Shown: positions 1 through 11,333 of the stretch, piece by piece
Layout: every line of letters starts with the position of its first letter
Numbering within the stretch: the first letter of the stretch is position 1
Assembly: GCF_006345805.1 (NCBI RefSeq)
Contig: NW_021824786.1
Location: forward strand, 1 to 17,640
Length of the DNA: 17,640 bases
Source: Octopus sinensis
Lineage: Eukaryota
Reading direction: 5' to 3'
Notes under the pieces: generated by a model
Seen by the model: only the letters and a program-made list of their open reading frames with translations
Database searches by the model: none
What the model was told of the DNA's origin: nothing
Program-made: the position numbers and the translations under genes

Positions 1-2310
1 TGTTTAGTGTGGTGTATGGTAGTGTTGGTGTGGTGTATGGTACTGTTAGTGTGGTATATGTTAGTGTTGGTGTTGTGTATGGTACTGTTAGTGTGGTGTA
101 TGGTAGTGTTGGTGTGGTGTTTGGTACTGTTAGTGCGGTGTATGTTAGTGTTAGTGTGGTGTATGTTAGTGTTAGTGTGGTGTATGGTACTGTTAGTGTG
201 GTGTATGGTACTGTTAGTGTGGTATATGTTAGTGTTGGTGTGATGTATGGTACTGTTAGTGTGGTGTATGGTAGTGTTGGTGTGGTGTATGGTAGTGTTG
301 GTGCAGTGTATGGTAGTGTTGGTGTGGTGTATGGTACTGTTAGTGTGGTGTATGGTACTGTTAGTGTGGTATATGTTAGTGTTGGTGTGGTGTATGGTAC
401 TGTTAGTGTGGTATATGGTAGTGTTGGTGTTGTGTATGGTACTGTTAGTGTGGTGTATGGTAGTGTTGGTGTGGTGTATGGTACTGTTAGTGTGGTGTAT
501 GGTACTGTTAGTGTGGTATATGTTAGTGTTGGTGTGGTGTATGGTACTGTTAGTGTGGTGTATGGTAGTGTTGGTGTGGTGTATGGTAGTGTTGGTGCAG
601 TGTATGGTAGTGTTGGTGTGGTGTATGGTAGTGTAGGTGTGGTATATAGTAGTGTAGGTGTGGTGTATGGTAGTGTTGGTGTGGTGTATGGTAGTGTAGG
701 TGTGGTGTATGGTAGTGTTGGTGCAGTGTATGGTGGTGTTGGTGTGGTGTATGGTAGTGTAGGTGTGGTGTATGTTAGTGGTGGTGTGGTGTATGGTAGT
801 GTTGGTGTGGTGTATGGTGGTGTTGGTGTGGTGTATGGTAGTGTTGGTGTGGTGTATGGTAGTGTTGGTGTGGTGTATGTTAGTGGTGGTGTGGTGTATG
901 GTAGTGTTGGTGTGGTGTATGGTAGTGGTGGTTGGCAGTGTATGGTAGTGTTGGTGTGGTTTATGGTAGTGTTGGTGTGGTGTATGTTAGTGGTGGTGTG
1001 GGGTATGGTAGTGTTGGTGTGGTGTATGGTGGTGTTGGTGTGGTGTATGGTAGTGTTGGTTGGTGTATTTGTATGTTGTTGTGGTGTATGGTAGTGTTGG
1101 TGTGGTGTATGGTAGTGTTTGGTGTGTGGCCATGGTAGTGTTTGGTGTGGTGTATGGTAGTGTTGGTTTGGTGTATGGGTTAGGTGTGGTGTATGGTAGT
1201 GTTGGTGTGTGGTGCATGGTATGTAGGTGGTGTCTGGTAGTGTTGGTGTGGTGCACATGGTAGTGTTTGTGTAGTTGTGGTAGTGTTTGGTGGTGTATGG
1301 TGTGTTGGTTTGGGTATAGTAGTGTTGGTGTGGTGTATGGTAGTGTAGGTCTGGTATATGGTAGTGTTGTGTGGTTGTTGGTAGTGTAGGTGTGGTGTAT
1401 GGTAGTGTTGGTGTGGTGTATGGTAGTGTTGGTGTGGTGTGTATGGTAGTGTTGGTGTGTGTATGGTAGTGTTGGGGTGGTGTATGGTATGTTTTTGTTT
1501 GGTGTATAGTAGTGTTTGGTGGTGGGTTGGTAGTGTAGGTGTGGTGTATGGTAGTGTTGGTTTGGTGTATGGTAGTGTTGGTGTGGTGTATGGTAGTGTT
1601 GGTGTAGTGTATGGTAGTGTTGGTTTGGTGTATAGTAGTGTTGGTGTGGTGTATGGTAGTGTAGGTCTGGTATATGGTAGTGTTGGTGTGGTGTATGGTA
1701 GTGTAGGTGTGGTGTATGGTAGTGTAGGTGTGGTGTATGGTAGTGTTGGTGTGGTGCATGGTAGTGTTGGTGAGGTGTATGGTAGTGTAGGTGTGTGTAT
1801 GGTAGGTAGGTGTGGTGTATGGTAGTGTTGGTGGGGTGGCGGGAGTGTTGGTGTAGTGTATGGTAGTGTTGGGGTGGTGTATGGTAGTGTTGGTTTGGTG
1901 TATAGTAGTGTTGGTGTGGTGTATGGTAGTGTAGGTCTGGTATATGGTAGTGTTGGTGTGGTGTATGGTAGTGTAGGTGTGGTGTATGGTAGTGTTGGTG
2001 TGGTGTATGGTAGTGTTGGTGTGGTGTATGGTAGTGTAGGTGTGGTGTATAGTAGTGTTGGTGTGGTGTATAGTAGTGTAGGTGTGGTGTATGGTAGTGT
2101 AGGTGTGGTGTATGGTAGTGTAGGTGTGGTGTATGGTAGTGTAGGTGTGGTGTATGGAAGTATTGGGGTGGTGTATGGTAGTGTTGGTGTGGTGTATGGT
2201 AGTGTTGGTGTGGTGTATGGTAGTGTTGGTTTGGTGTATGGTAGTGTTGGTGTGGTGTATGGTAGTGTTGGTGTGGTGTATGTTAGTGTTTTTGTGGTGT
2301 ATGATAGTGC
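1..2310. repeat. 21-bp minisatellite, consensus GTGGTGTATGGTAGTGTTGGT, ~110 units, cut by the window start
   Basis: Directly visible 21-nt periodicity (translates as VVYGSVG on +, YTTPTLP on -). The + strand is almost free of C. The central part (~930-1520) is degenerate with indels. Confidence 0.97.
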
Positions 2311-2344
2311 TTGTGAAGAAAACTTAAGTCGGACACAATTTTCA

Positions 2345-2638
2345 CTATATTTCTTTAGTCCCTTTCTTTCTACTCCTGACCAAATCATTTAATCTAGACA
2401 TTAATTTTGATTTCGGCAATTGTTTAATATTCATCAAAAATGTTTACAAATAAGTTTGGCGTTGTACTGATTGCTCTGATGCTGCAAAACTACTGCTAGT
2501 GGACAATGTCTCAGCAGTAATGGAAAATTTTTGGCAACAATTTTTCATGCCCATTCACGATGATAACTCATCTTTTATCGCCTTTCTATTCACTTGGCAA
2601 ATTGTCGACAAATTTGCTTTACTTAAAGCAACTGCTGC
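2345..2638 (-). pseudogene. Possible decayed hAT transposase C-terminal (dimerisation-domain-like) fragment
   Basis: One minus frame reads ...KDELSS*MGMKNCCQKFSITAETLSTSSSFAASEQSVQRQTYL*TFLMNIKQLPKSKLMSRLNDLV..., with two internal stops. It loosely fits the hAT pattern W..(F)P.L..A..L....SS..SERSFS....R.RL...RL..LV. Judged by eye only. Confidence 0.3.
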
Positions 2639-3269
2639 ACAGCTAAGGGGTCACGACGTCCACAGTCTATTTCAATCTAAGTTAGTTTGATCCTTGACGA
2701 AAACCTTGCTGTTCTCTCGGGTTTCGTCTTACTATATATGAAACAGACTTCAGCTAAAATAGGATTCTCTCTTATTCCCCAATAATCCTGTTGAGCTAAT
2801 TTATATCAGCTTCGGAATATAATGATACAAGACTGAAGATAAAGAGATGCATATCATATGCTATTGAGGTAGCTATTCTCTCCGAGTTCGTAAGAGATGG
2901 GATTATTCTCAGTGCAGTAATATTTCATAAGAAAACATGCGTGCTCTTTCGTTCTACTCAAGAGACATCTGTTTCCAAATCACTTATAATTGGTAATGAC
3001 AATAAAAACCACCGATAAACACCGAGAATTTGTGGACTGCCTCTACTGAAATCATGTTTTGCTTGTGACCAGTTTTACACGAAATGCTCAAGACTACTAT
3101 GTCTATGTGTGGCTAAGCTTGGCTTCATGCTCTTACTTGATGGGGTGGGGTCATTCCAAATTGATGATCTCAGAGGCGTCGTCATGCGTAGAGCCGACCA
3201 AGTTCACAAGTGCTCTCCATTACTGGTGATCCCCTACCAGTCCCTTTGCATCCCTCTATATTTATGTGT

Positions 3270-3776
3270 GGATGCGCAATGGCCCAGTGGTTAGGGCAGC
3301 AGACTCGCGGTCGTAGGATCGCGGTTTCGATTCCCAGACCGGGCGTTGTGAGTGTTTATTGAGCGAAAGCACCTAGAGCTCCACGAGGCTCTGGCATGGG
3401 GTAGTGGTGAACCCTGCTGTACTCTTTCACCACAACTTTCTCTCACTCTTTCTTCCTGTTTCTGTTGTACCTGTAATTCAAAGGGCCAGCCTTGTCACAC
3501 TCTGTGTCACGCTGAATCTCCCCGAGAACTACGTTAAGGGTACACGTGTCTGTGGAATGCTCAGCTACTTGCACGTTAATAAATGAGCTGCGACGTCACT
3601 GGTGCCAAGCTGTATCAGTCTTTGCTTTTCCCTTGGATAACATCGGTGGAATGGAGAGGGGAGGCTGGAATGCATGGGCGACTGCTGGTCTTCCATAAAC
3701 AACCTTGCCCAGACTTGTACCTCGGAGGCTAACTTTCTAGGTGCAATTCCATGATCATTCATGACCGAAAGAGGTC
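3270..3776 (+). mobile_element. tRNA-derived SINE A (head type 1 + body + tail shared with SINE B)
   Basis: A box TGGCCCAGTGG (3280-3290) and B box GGTTTCGATTCC (3323-3334). 3280-3460 matches 12083-12263, and 3584-3776 matches 6849-7042. Confidence 0.88.
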
Positions 3777-4442
3777 ACAATATTTATGTACTGGCTAGTA
3801 AAACCTAAAACATTATTTCGTTATGTATTGCATAAATAAACATATTTTACGATCTATAATAATTTCATGGCGTGCATTGCATTCACGATATTTGAATGGC
3901 TGGAATTGCTTTATTATGGTGTTCACACATTATAAGAATGACATTCAGGAGTAGTTTATTTCTCGGTACTCTACGTATTTTTAAATTTCATTTCAGTATT
4001 AAAGAATTCCAAGAATAAAAGACGATATATTATAAACAGTAATAATTGTCTTTTGTTTCTCCGAATGAACTAACACTGTTTTTGCATTTCTTAAAACGAT
4101 GTTTATATTTAATATGTATGAATTAGACATATGACATAAACACAATCAAATAAGGAAATACATCTTTTATATTCGCAACGTATAAGTATTAGATAACGCT
4201 GCATAATGGTTTGTTACAAACATGCAGTAGAACAAATTCCTTTCTTTCATGAAAGACAAGTTTTCGAGTGTAATCTAATAGAGTTCTATTAAACAGAATA
4301 TGCCTTCATTAAGAATATTCTGGCATATTTAGAGCTACTTTTCATTCTTAACAACGCTGGATGTTCTACTGATATGTGTGTGTGTATTTGTGTGTGATAT
4401 ATTTGTGTCTGTGTGTAACAGTGTGTCTTATTATGTGTGTAT

Positions 4443-4640
4443 GTGTGTGTGCGTGCCTCTGTGTGTGTGCGTGCCTCTGTGTGTGTGCGTGCCTCTGTGT
4501 GTGTGCGTGCCTCTGTATGTGTGCGTGCCTCTGTGTGTGTGCGTGCCTCTGTGTGTGTGCGTGCCTCTGTGTGTGTGCGTGCCTCTGTGTGTGTGCGTGC
4601 CTCTGTGTGTGTGCGTGCCTCTGTGTGTGTGCGTGCCTCT
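4443..4640. repeat. 18-bp minisatellite (GTGTGTGTGCGTGCCTCT)x11 within a (TG)n tract
   Basis: Eleven units ending at 4460, 4478 ... 4640, with one single-base variant unit. Confidence 0.97.
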
Positions 4641-4959
4641 GTGTGTGTGTGTGTAAATTTGAAAGAACAGAAAGATCAGTGATATTTCAATGTTTTCATT
4701 CCTACAGCGGTTTCTAAAATTCTTACATCACCTCACATTGTGCAATGCACAACGAACCTTCTAATCAAGGAATCCATTTCAAATATGAACAATTTAAATC
4801 AATTTTGCTTTTATGGTGGATGAAAGACACAAAATGTAGAAAATAAGAATAAAGAAATAAATAGCAAATATTAATATTTGGTCTGGAGGAAAGCGTAAGG
4901 AAGAGAGCTGGAAACTACAAACATCACAACAGTAAATCACTTTCTCTACGCATTTGGTT

Positions 4960-5080
4960 ACAGGTGTGCGTATGTCTGGTGTGTGTGTGTATATGTGTCT
5001 GTATATAAGTGTATGTGTCTACGTATCTGTAGCGTGTGTGTGTGCGTATGTGTAGTGTGTGTATGTATGTGTGTGTTTGG
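4960..5080. repeat. Degenerate (TG)/(TA) microsatellite
   Basis: Visible purine-pyrimidine dinucleotide tract. Confidence 0.85.
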
Positions 5081-5166
5081 AAGGGTTCTGTATACATGTC
5101 CTTTCTCACTGTAAAACGTCCTCTTTTAATTTTTTTTCACTGAAACATTTTTAAATGTATTTGTTC

Positions 5167-5329
5167 GTACATTATTTACATTATTTACATTTGACAGATA
5201 TTTGTCTTCATCTTGTTTGTTGTTAAAACAACGTTTCGGCTGATATACCTCCAGTCTTCATCAGGTGCCTTGGGGAAATTTCGAACCTGGGTTCTCATTC
5301 CTAAGCTACTTTTCGATGTTATTATTATT
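5167..5329 (-). mobile_element. Short interspersed element with minimal hammerhead motif, copy 1
   Basis: Reverse complement is ~90% identical to 11404-11570. It is preceded on its own strand by (TAA)3-4 and ends in 9-bp ATGTAAATA repeats. Confidence 0.85.
5225..5269 (-). ncRNA. Minimal type I hammerhead ribozyme motif (copy 1, degenerate)
   Basis: Minus strand reads GGCAC CTGATGA A GACTG GAGGTATAT CAGCC GAAAC GTT GTTTT. Stem II has one A.C mismatch. Confidence 0.55.
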
Positions 5330-5404
5330 GGGCATATGGCGTAGTGGTTAAGAACGCGGGCTACTAATCCCGAGATTCCGAGTTCGATTCCAGGCAGTGA
5401 CCTG
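5330..5404 (+). mobile_element. Short tRNA-derived SINE head followed by (AAT)n
   Basis: A box TGGCGTAGTGG (5337-5347), B box GAGTTCGATTCC (5380-5391) and D stem GCGT/ACGC. The anticodon and T stems are imperfect, so this is not a functional tRNA. Confidence 0.8.
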
Positions 5405-5429
5405 AATAATAATAATAATAATAATAATG

Positions 5430-5477
<48 letters not shown>

Positions 5478-5510
5478 CAACAACAACAACAATAATAATA
5501 ATAATAATAA
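5405..5510. repeat. (AAT)n microsatellite with (AAC)5 interruption
   Basis: Directly visible. Confidence 0.97.
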
Positions 5511-5968
5511 ATCTTGGTATAAAAGATGGGCTACAGCAAATATTCTGCTCAAACCACAGATTTGCTTGTCAGTTGTTTGACCTTAACCAGTTGAGCATGT
5601 CCCTTAGTGGCTGACGATATGTGCATCTGTGATCACGAGCAGAAGTAGTCGGGGAGCATCATAGCCATGTGTTGAGTGGGATTCTTTGGGGTTTGAATAA
5701 TTCACCTCTGGAAATATGGGTGGTTCTTTCAACATCCTTAACCAACCCTTATTCAGGGACCTTTTGAGCGGGATGGGCTACTCAACATGAAGAAAATTCT
5801 AACTGGGCCCCACCTGCAAGGTAATGTGCTGTTTATCTTGATATGAGATTACCATGTTGCGCACATATGGTTGTGATGCATGTGCCTAATGTACCCTTAT
5901 CAGACGGGTAGTCATGATGGTATACTGGGCTTCGTATATTTTACCCCAGTGTCACTGCTCTCTCACTC
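5511..5968 (+). mobile_element. Unclassified ~455-bp element bounded by (AAT)n on both sides; probable retroposon 3' fragment with a (TAA)n tail
   Basis: Complex sequence with higher GC than its flanks and no ORF. It ends ...CTCTCTCACTC and runs directly into (AAT)n. Only one copy is present in the window, so the class is inferred. Confidence 0.4.
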
Positions 5969-6099
5969 AATAATAATAATAATGATAACAATTTAATAAT
6001 AATAATAATATAATATAATAACAACAACGACAACAACAACAGCAACAACAATAATAACAATAACAATAACAATAACAACAATAATAATAATAATAATAA

Positions 6100-6130
<31 letters not shown>

Positions 6131-6205
6131 AGAAGAAGAAAAGATAAGAAAGAAGAAGAAGAAGAAGAAGAAAAGAAGAAGAGAAGAAGAAGCAGAGAAG
6201 AAAGA
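5969..6205. repeat. Compound (AAT)/(AAC)/(AAG) microsatellite
   Basis: Directly visible stepwise AAT->AAC->AAT->AAG tract. Confidence 0.95.
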
Positions 6206-6713
6206 AAAAAATGGGAGGGAAAAAAAAACTCTCTAAAAACATCACGCTTTTCTTTTTGTGGACTTACAAAACCCTAAAACTTTCTATGAAAATCTGACTT
6301 TTCTTGCTTCCTCCTGAATATTCAAATATAATGTAAAATGTACTTTTTATTGTAAAAACACACCTGTTCTTCTAACTGGACATACAAACATCTCTAGAAA
6401 AGTCAACTTCAACCTCCACAAATTACCTTACACGAAATATACAAACACTTTTTTATTGCAATAACACAAACGCACATGGAAAAAAAAGATGATGCTACGA
6501 TTCTCTCTGGTCGAACACAACTTCTCTATTCACAACACATACAGACAGCCCTTCCTATTTTTCTTAAGCCTAATAGTAGTAAACATCTGAACTTTTTTTT
6601 GACCGATAGGACCCCACCTAAAAAAAAAAAATAATAAATAAAAAAATAAATAAATAAAAAATAAATAAAAAATATCACTGATGGTGATGATGGTGATGAT
6701 GATAATAATGATA

Positions 6714-7050
6714 GCGCATGGCTCAGTGGTTAGAGCGTCGAGCTTACGATCGTGAGGTTGTGAGCTCGAATCCCGGACCGGGCTGCGTGTTGTGTTTTTG
6801 AGCAAAACACTTTATTTCACGTTGCTCCAGTTCACTCAGCTGTAGAATTGAGTTGCGACGTCACTGGTTCCAAGCTGTATCGACCTTTGTCTTTCCCTTG
6901 GATAACACTGGTGGCGTGGAGAGGGGAGGCCGGTATGCATGGGCGACTACTGGTCTTCCATAAAACAACCTTGCCCAGACTTGTGCCTCAGAGGGTAACT
7001 CTCTAGGTGCAATCCCATGGTCATTCATGACCGAAGGGGGTCTTTACCCT
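6714..7050 (+). mobile_element. tRNA-derived CORE-type SINE B
   Basis: A box TGGCTCAGTGG (6719-6729) and B box GAGCTCGAATCC (6762-6773). 6791-6853 aligns by eye with the MIR/CORE domain. The tail is shared with SINE A and has a terminal hairpin GGTCA-TTCA-TGACC. Confidence 0.88.
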
Positions 7051-7237
7051 TTTTAATAGTGCTGATATCTATCTATCTTCTACACACACACACACTCAAA
7101 GAGTTCAACCAACACAAACCTCACCTCGGCTCTATTGTTAACAAATATGAAAGTATTATTTGACAGGCAAGAACTCTGGCAGTGAAGACAGTCAGCCAGC
7201 CAACCACCAGCCAGCCAACGAGACAGACAGACACTAC

Positions 7238-7398
7238 TGTGATGATGTGATGATGATAAAAAATAACAATAATAAGATACTGTGACTCACATAAAACAAT
7301 ATCATTGATGATGATGATGGTGATGATGATAATGATGATGGTAATGGTGGTGATAATGATGATAGTGATAATAATGGTGATGATAATAACAATAATAA
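7238..7398. repeat. Degenerate (GAT)/(AAT) trinucleotide tract
   Basis: Directly visible. Confidence 0.85.
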
Positions 7399-7499
7399 GC
7401 CGACTACGGCTGCTATAATGGTACGATTATAATTGTAACGGCAATGATGGCCGTCTCCCCACGAGCCAATCAAAGATAAAAAATGATAACATTATCGTA

Positions 7500-10400
7500 G
7501 CACCAAAATGTTTTTGGAAACTAAAGGAAAACTAAATCAGTATACCAAATCGCTTGTCCTATGGTTAATCTGGAAGCGCGTCCCCCAGGGAAGAGCCAAC
7601 CTGGGATCGAAAAGTCATCAACTGGCACAAACTCTTCTCCGAATACGGACATGGATGGTCACTTGAACGGGAAATCCCCCAACTCGAGCCCTCCAAGTTC
7701 ACCATCACAACCACCACAGAAAGAAAAATGTAAGCGGAACAAATGGACCCGAGAAGAGTATAAAGAAGTAATATACGCTTATTACTATGCATTAGGTAGG
7801 CCATCTCAAGAGAGACACACCGCAAACTCTTACAGTATATGGAGAACACGGATCAAGACAGTAGGCCCTATTTGGACGAGAACAATTAGCAAATTTGAGG
7901 AGGGATATCCTTAGAAATAACAGACTCACAGACATTGAAATAAGCGCGATCAAGCACGCAACGGAAAATGACATAATATAAGACACAAAGGAAATGAAGA
8001 ATCAGATGAACAGTATAGCCCGCCACGAGGCTTAATTGAAAGACTGCCATCTGACCAAGTACGCAAAGGCCTGGAGATACAAGAAATTCTATTGTACCTG
8101 TTAAGATAGCCAGGAAAACGAAAAAACAACAGTAACTGAAGATCTCGCATTTGCTGAAGAACACAGAGAGTCTATGGCAGAAATGAGGCAGAAAATCCTG
8201 AATACGCTTGAAGTTGTAAGACATACAAGTATGAATGATAGAGAACCACTTCATAAACTCTCAAATACAAACAAAATAAAAAAACAATCCAAATGGCAAC
8301 TATGTAACAAATGAAATAATACGAGAATTAAAACCTGATTTTACTGAGTTAAATGAAATTATTTACGCTTCTGCTAGGGCAATTGAAACCAGCTGTATGC
8401 CCCCGAAAAAACAAAGAAACCAAAACCTGGGAAGAAATCAAACCTGGAGAAGTAAATTTGAAAAAGAGATTGAATTTATGAGAGGGGAAATATCAATATT
8501 AAATGAACTAATATGTCGAAATGATGTAAGATCCAGAAGAGGAAGAAAGTTGAAGAGAAAATTTGATCCTCACCAAGAGAAGAACTGATATCAATAAAAG
8601 AAACGCTGAAACAAAAAGTCCAAGCAAAAGCCCAAAGAATACGAAGATTTGAGAAGAGAAACAAGTTTTACAAGCAAAATAAGCTGTTCACATCCAATGC
8701 CAAAAATTCTACAGAGAAATAGGGAAGGAGAAAGTAACCGTAAAGACCCCCCTCCCATGGAAGAGTTCAAAACTTTTTGGAAAAGGATTTGGAGTGACAG
8801 AAGACGTACAACATAAATGCAGACTGGATTATACAAACTGAAGGATCCTACCAAAATTTACAACAACAAGCATGGGAAGACATCACAATAGCAGACCTAA
8901 GAAAGGCACTCACGAGGTCCATAATTGGAAATCCCCCGGTAAAGATAGGGTGCCGAATTTCTGGCTCGCATCGCTCCCATGCGCACACGGTAAGCTACTT
9001 CAGCTGCTCAATGGAATTATGAGAGACCCAAAGAAAACACTGAATGGTTAGCAAGTGGCATTACTTACCTACTCCCAAAGAAACGAAACCAACCTTCCAA
9101 AAACTATCGGCCTATAACCTGTCTATCCACCACGTATAAAATCCTAACATCTATCCTGGCGGAGAAAACATATGCATTCATGGAGAAGAACGATACTTTC
9201 CCCATTGAACAAAAAGGGTGCCGCCGAAGCTCTTACGGATGCAAAGATCAACTGCTAATCAATCGTATGATCCTTGAGAACTGTCACAACAAGCGCAGAA
9301 ATCTCAGCACCGCATGGATTGACTATAAAAAGGCCTTCGACAGTATACCGCATCCATGGAGATTGAGATCGCTGGACATCTTCAAAATTTCCCCTGTGAT
9401 TTCAAACTTCCTGAAGCACAATATGTCGTTGTGGAATACGAATCTCCATTATACCACTCTAATGGAGTACTTGCCTCAGAAAATAAAATACATCAACTGT
9501 GGAATTTTTCAAGGTGACTCACTTTCACCTTTAATATTCTGCATAGCCCTAATACCCCTTACAAGTGAATTAAACAGAACAGGGTATGGGTATAAAATTG
9601 CCAATAAAAAAATAAGCCATCTATTTTATATGGATGACTTAAAACTTTATGGTAAAGACAATAATGAACTTGAAGGCCTATTGCGCACCGTGAAAGCATT
9701 CAGCGATGACATCGGGATGGAGTTTGGACTTGAGAAGTGTGCCAAGGCCATTTTCCAGAAAGGGAAAGTGAAGACCACAAATTCAGTCGTGTTAGATGTT
9801 AACACAGTCATAAGAGAGCTTGAGCAAGAACAAACATACAAATATTTAGGGATAAATGAAGGCTCTGGTATTCAGCATACAAGCATGAAAGAGAAGATCA
9901 GGAAGGAATGTTATAGGAGAGTTCGTGCAGTCCTGAAATCTGAACTAAATGCACGTAACAAGGTGTTAGCTATAAATTCCTTAGCAGTTCCAAGCTATAA
10001 TGTGTTGAACTGGAATATGAGTGAAGTAAAGAATATAGATAGGAAAATACACAAGCTGCTGAGTTGTAATAGGATGCACCACCCAAAGGCAGACGTAGAT
10101 CGCCTTTACCTTCCCAGAGCCCAAGGAGGTCGAGGCCTGATCCAATTTGAACTAGCTTACAAAACAACCACAATTGGACTGGCCAAATATCTCGAAATAT
10201 CGAATGACTGGATGCTAAAGCTCGTGGAAAATCACGAGAGAGGAAAGAAGCTTCATTCTATCATAAAGGAAAGCAAAAATTTGCTATTGATCTCGTGCAG
10301 GATACCCAAACTGAACAACACCCGAGGAAGTACGGCAACTATTGTTGCAAAGAATGTGAAAATGATGGCAACGAAAAAAGCGCACGAGCAATTGGCTGAT

Positions 10401-11333
10401 AGGTGGGAGGAGAAACCTCTGCACGGCAAATATGTGACCCGCAGCAAACAAGCTGATGTTGACCAGAAGCAAACCCATCAGTGGCTACGGAGCTCAGGGC
10501 TAAAAGCAGAGAGCGAAGGTTTCATCCTGGCTGCTCAGATCAAGCCTATTAACCCGGAACTACCAGGCCAATGTGATGAAAAATGGAGCAGACCCAAAAT
10601 GCCGATTCTGCAACGACATGATTGAAACAGTGGACCACCTAATCTCTGGATGTAAGTCTTAGCACCAGTGGAGTATAAATTAAGACATGACAGAGTTGGC
10701 CAATATCTACACTGGCTAATAAGTCGGCATTACAATATCAAAACTGCCGACAAGTGGTATAATCACCACCCTGAGGCTGTAACTGAAGGAGAAAATGTAA
10801 CCATTCTGTGGGACTTTCCAGTACATACAGACCCGACCATCAAGGCCAATAAACCAGATATTGTTGTGAAAGACCAAAACAATAAAGTTTGCTTATTGAT
10901 CGACATGAGCATCCCTTGTGATCATAATATCTCGGCGAAAGAGTTTGACAAGCTCAGAAAATATAAAGACCTACTCATTGAAATTGAGAAAATGTGCATC
11001 TCAAGGCGGTTACAATACCAGTGATCGTAGGAGCACTAGGAATGATCAAGAAGGGAACCGAAAATTATATGAGAATGATCCTGGCTTACCATCCCTGCAA
11101 GAAGTGCAAAAGATTGTCTTAACTGGTACATCACACGTATTGAGGAGCATTGTCGATGTGAGAACTGTTGCTGCTCATGTATTTTAATTTAACTTAAAAA
11201 AAATTTTAAAAAATGAACGAACTATTGAGTTTGGTTTAATGGCCTACCAATGTATACTATGAGTTTCTTTGCCCTAGGAGTCGGGAAGACACTCGGCAAG
11301 AAATGGAAGCAAATTTGAAAGAAGAAAAAAAAA

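Noticed and set aside
1180-2388. 402-aa YTTPTLP ORF and the + strand VVYGSVG ORFs as real repeat proteins
   Set aside because: Openness follows from base composition of the satellite. The ORF drifts between repeat frames and the variants show no synonymous bias.
4443-4640. CRISPR-like array
   Set aside because: No unique spacers, eukaryotic context, no cas genes.
4376-4717. Cys-rich metallothionein-like ORFs (CVCACL repeats)
   Set aside because: Translation of the 18-bp/(TG)n repeat.
5330-5404. Functional tRNA gene
   Set aside because: Acceptor, anticodon and T stems do not pair properly. The same applies to the heads at 3270, 6714, 12075 and 13644, which continue into SINE bodies.
6266-6311. 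Minus-strand exon bounded by TTCAG and GTAAGT
   Set aside because: 46 nt with no recognisable protein similarity and no supporting neighbouring exons.
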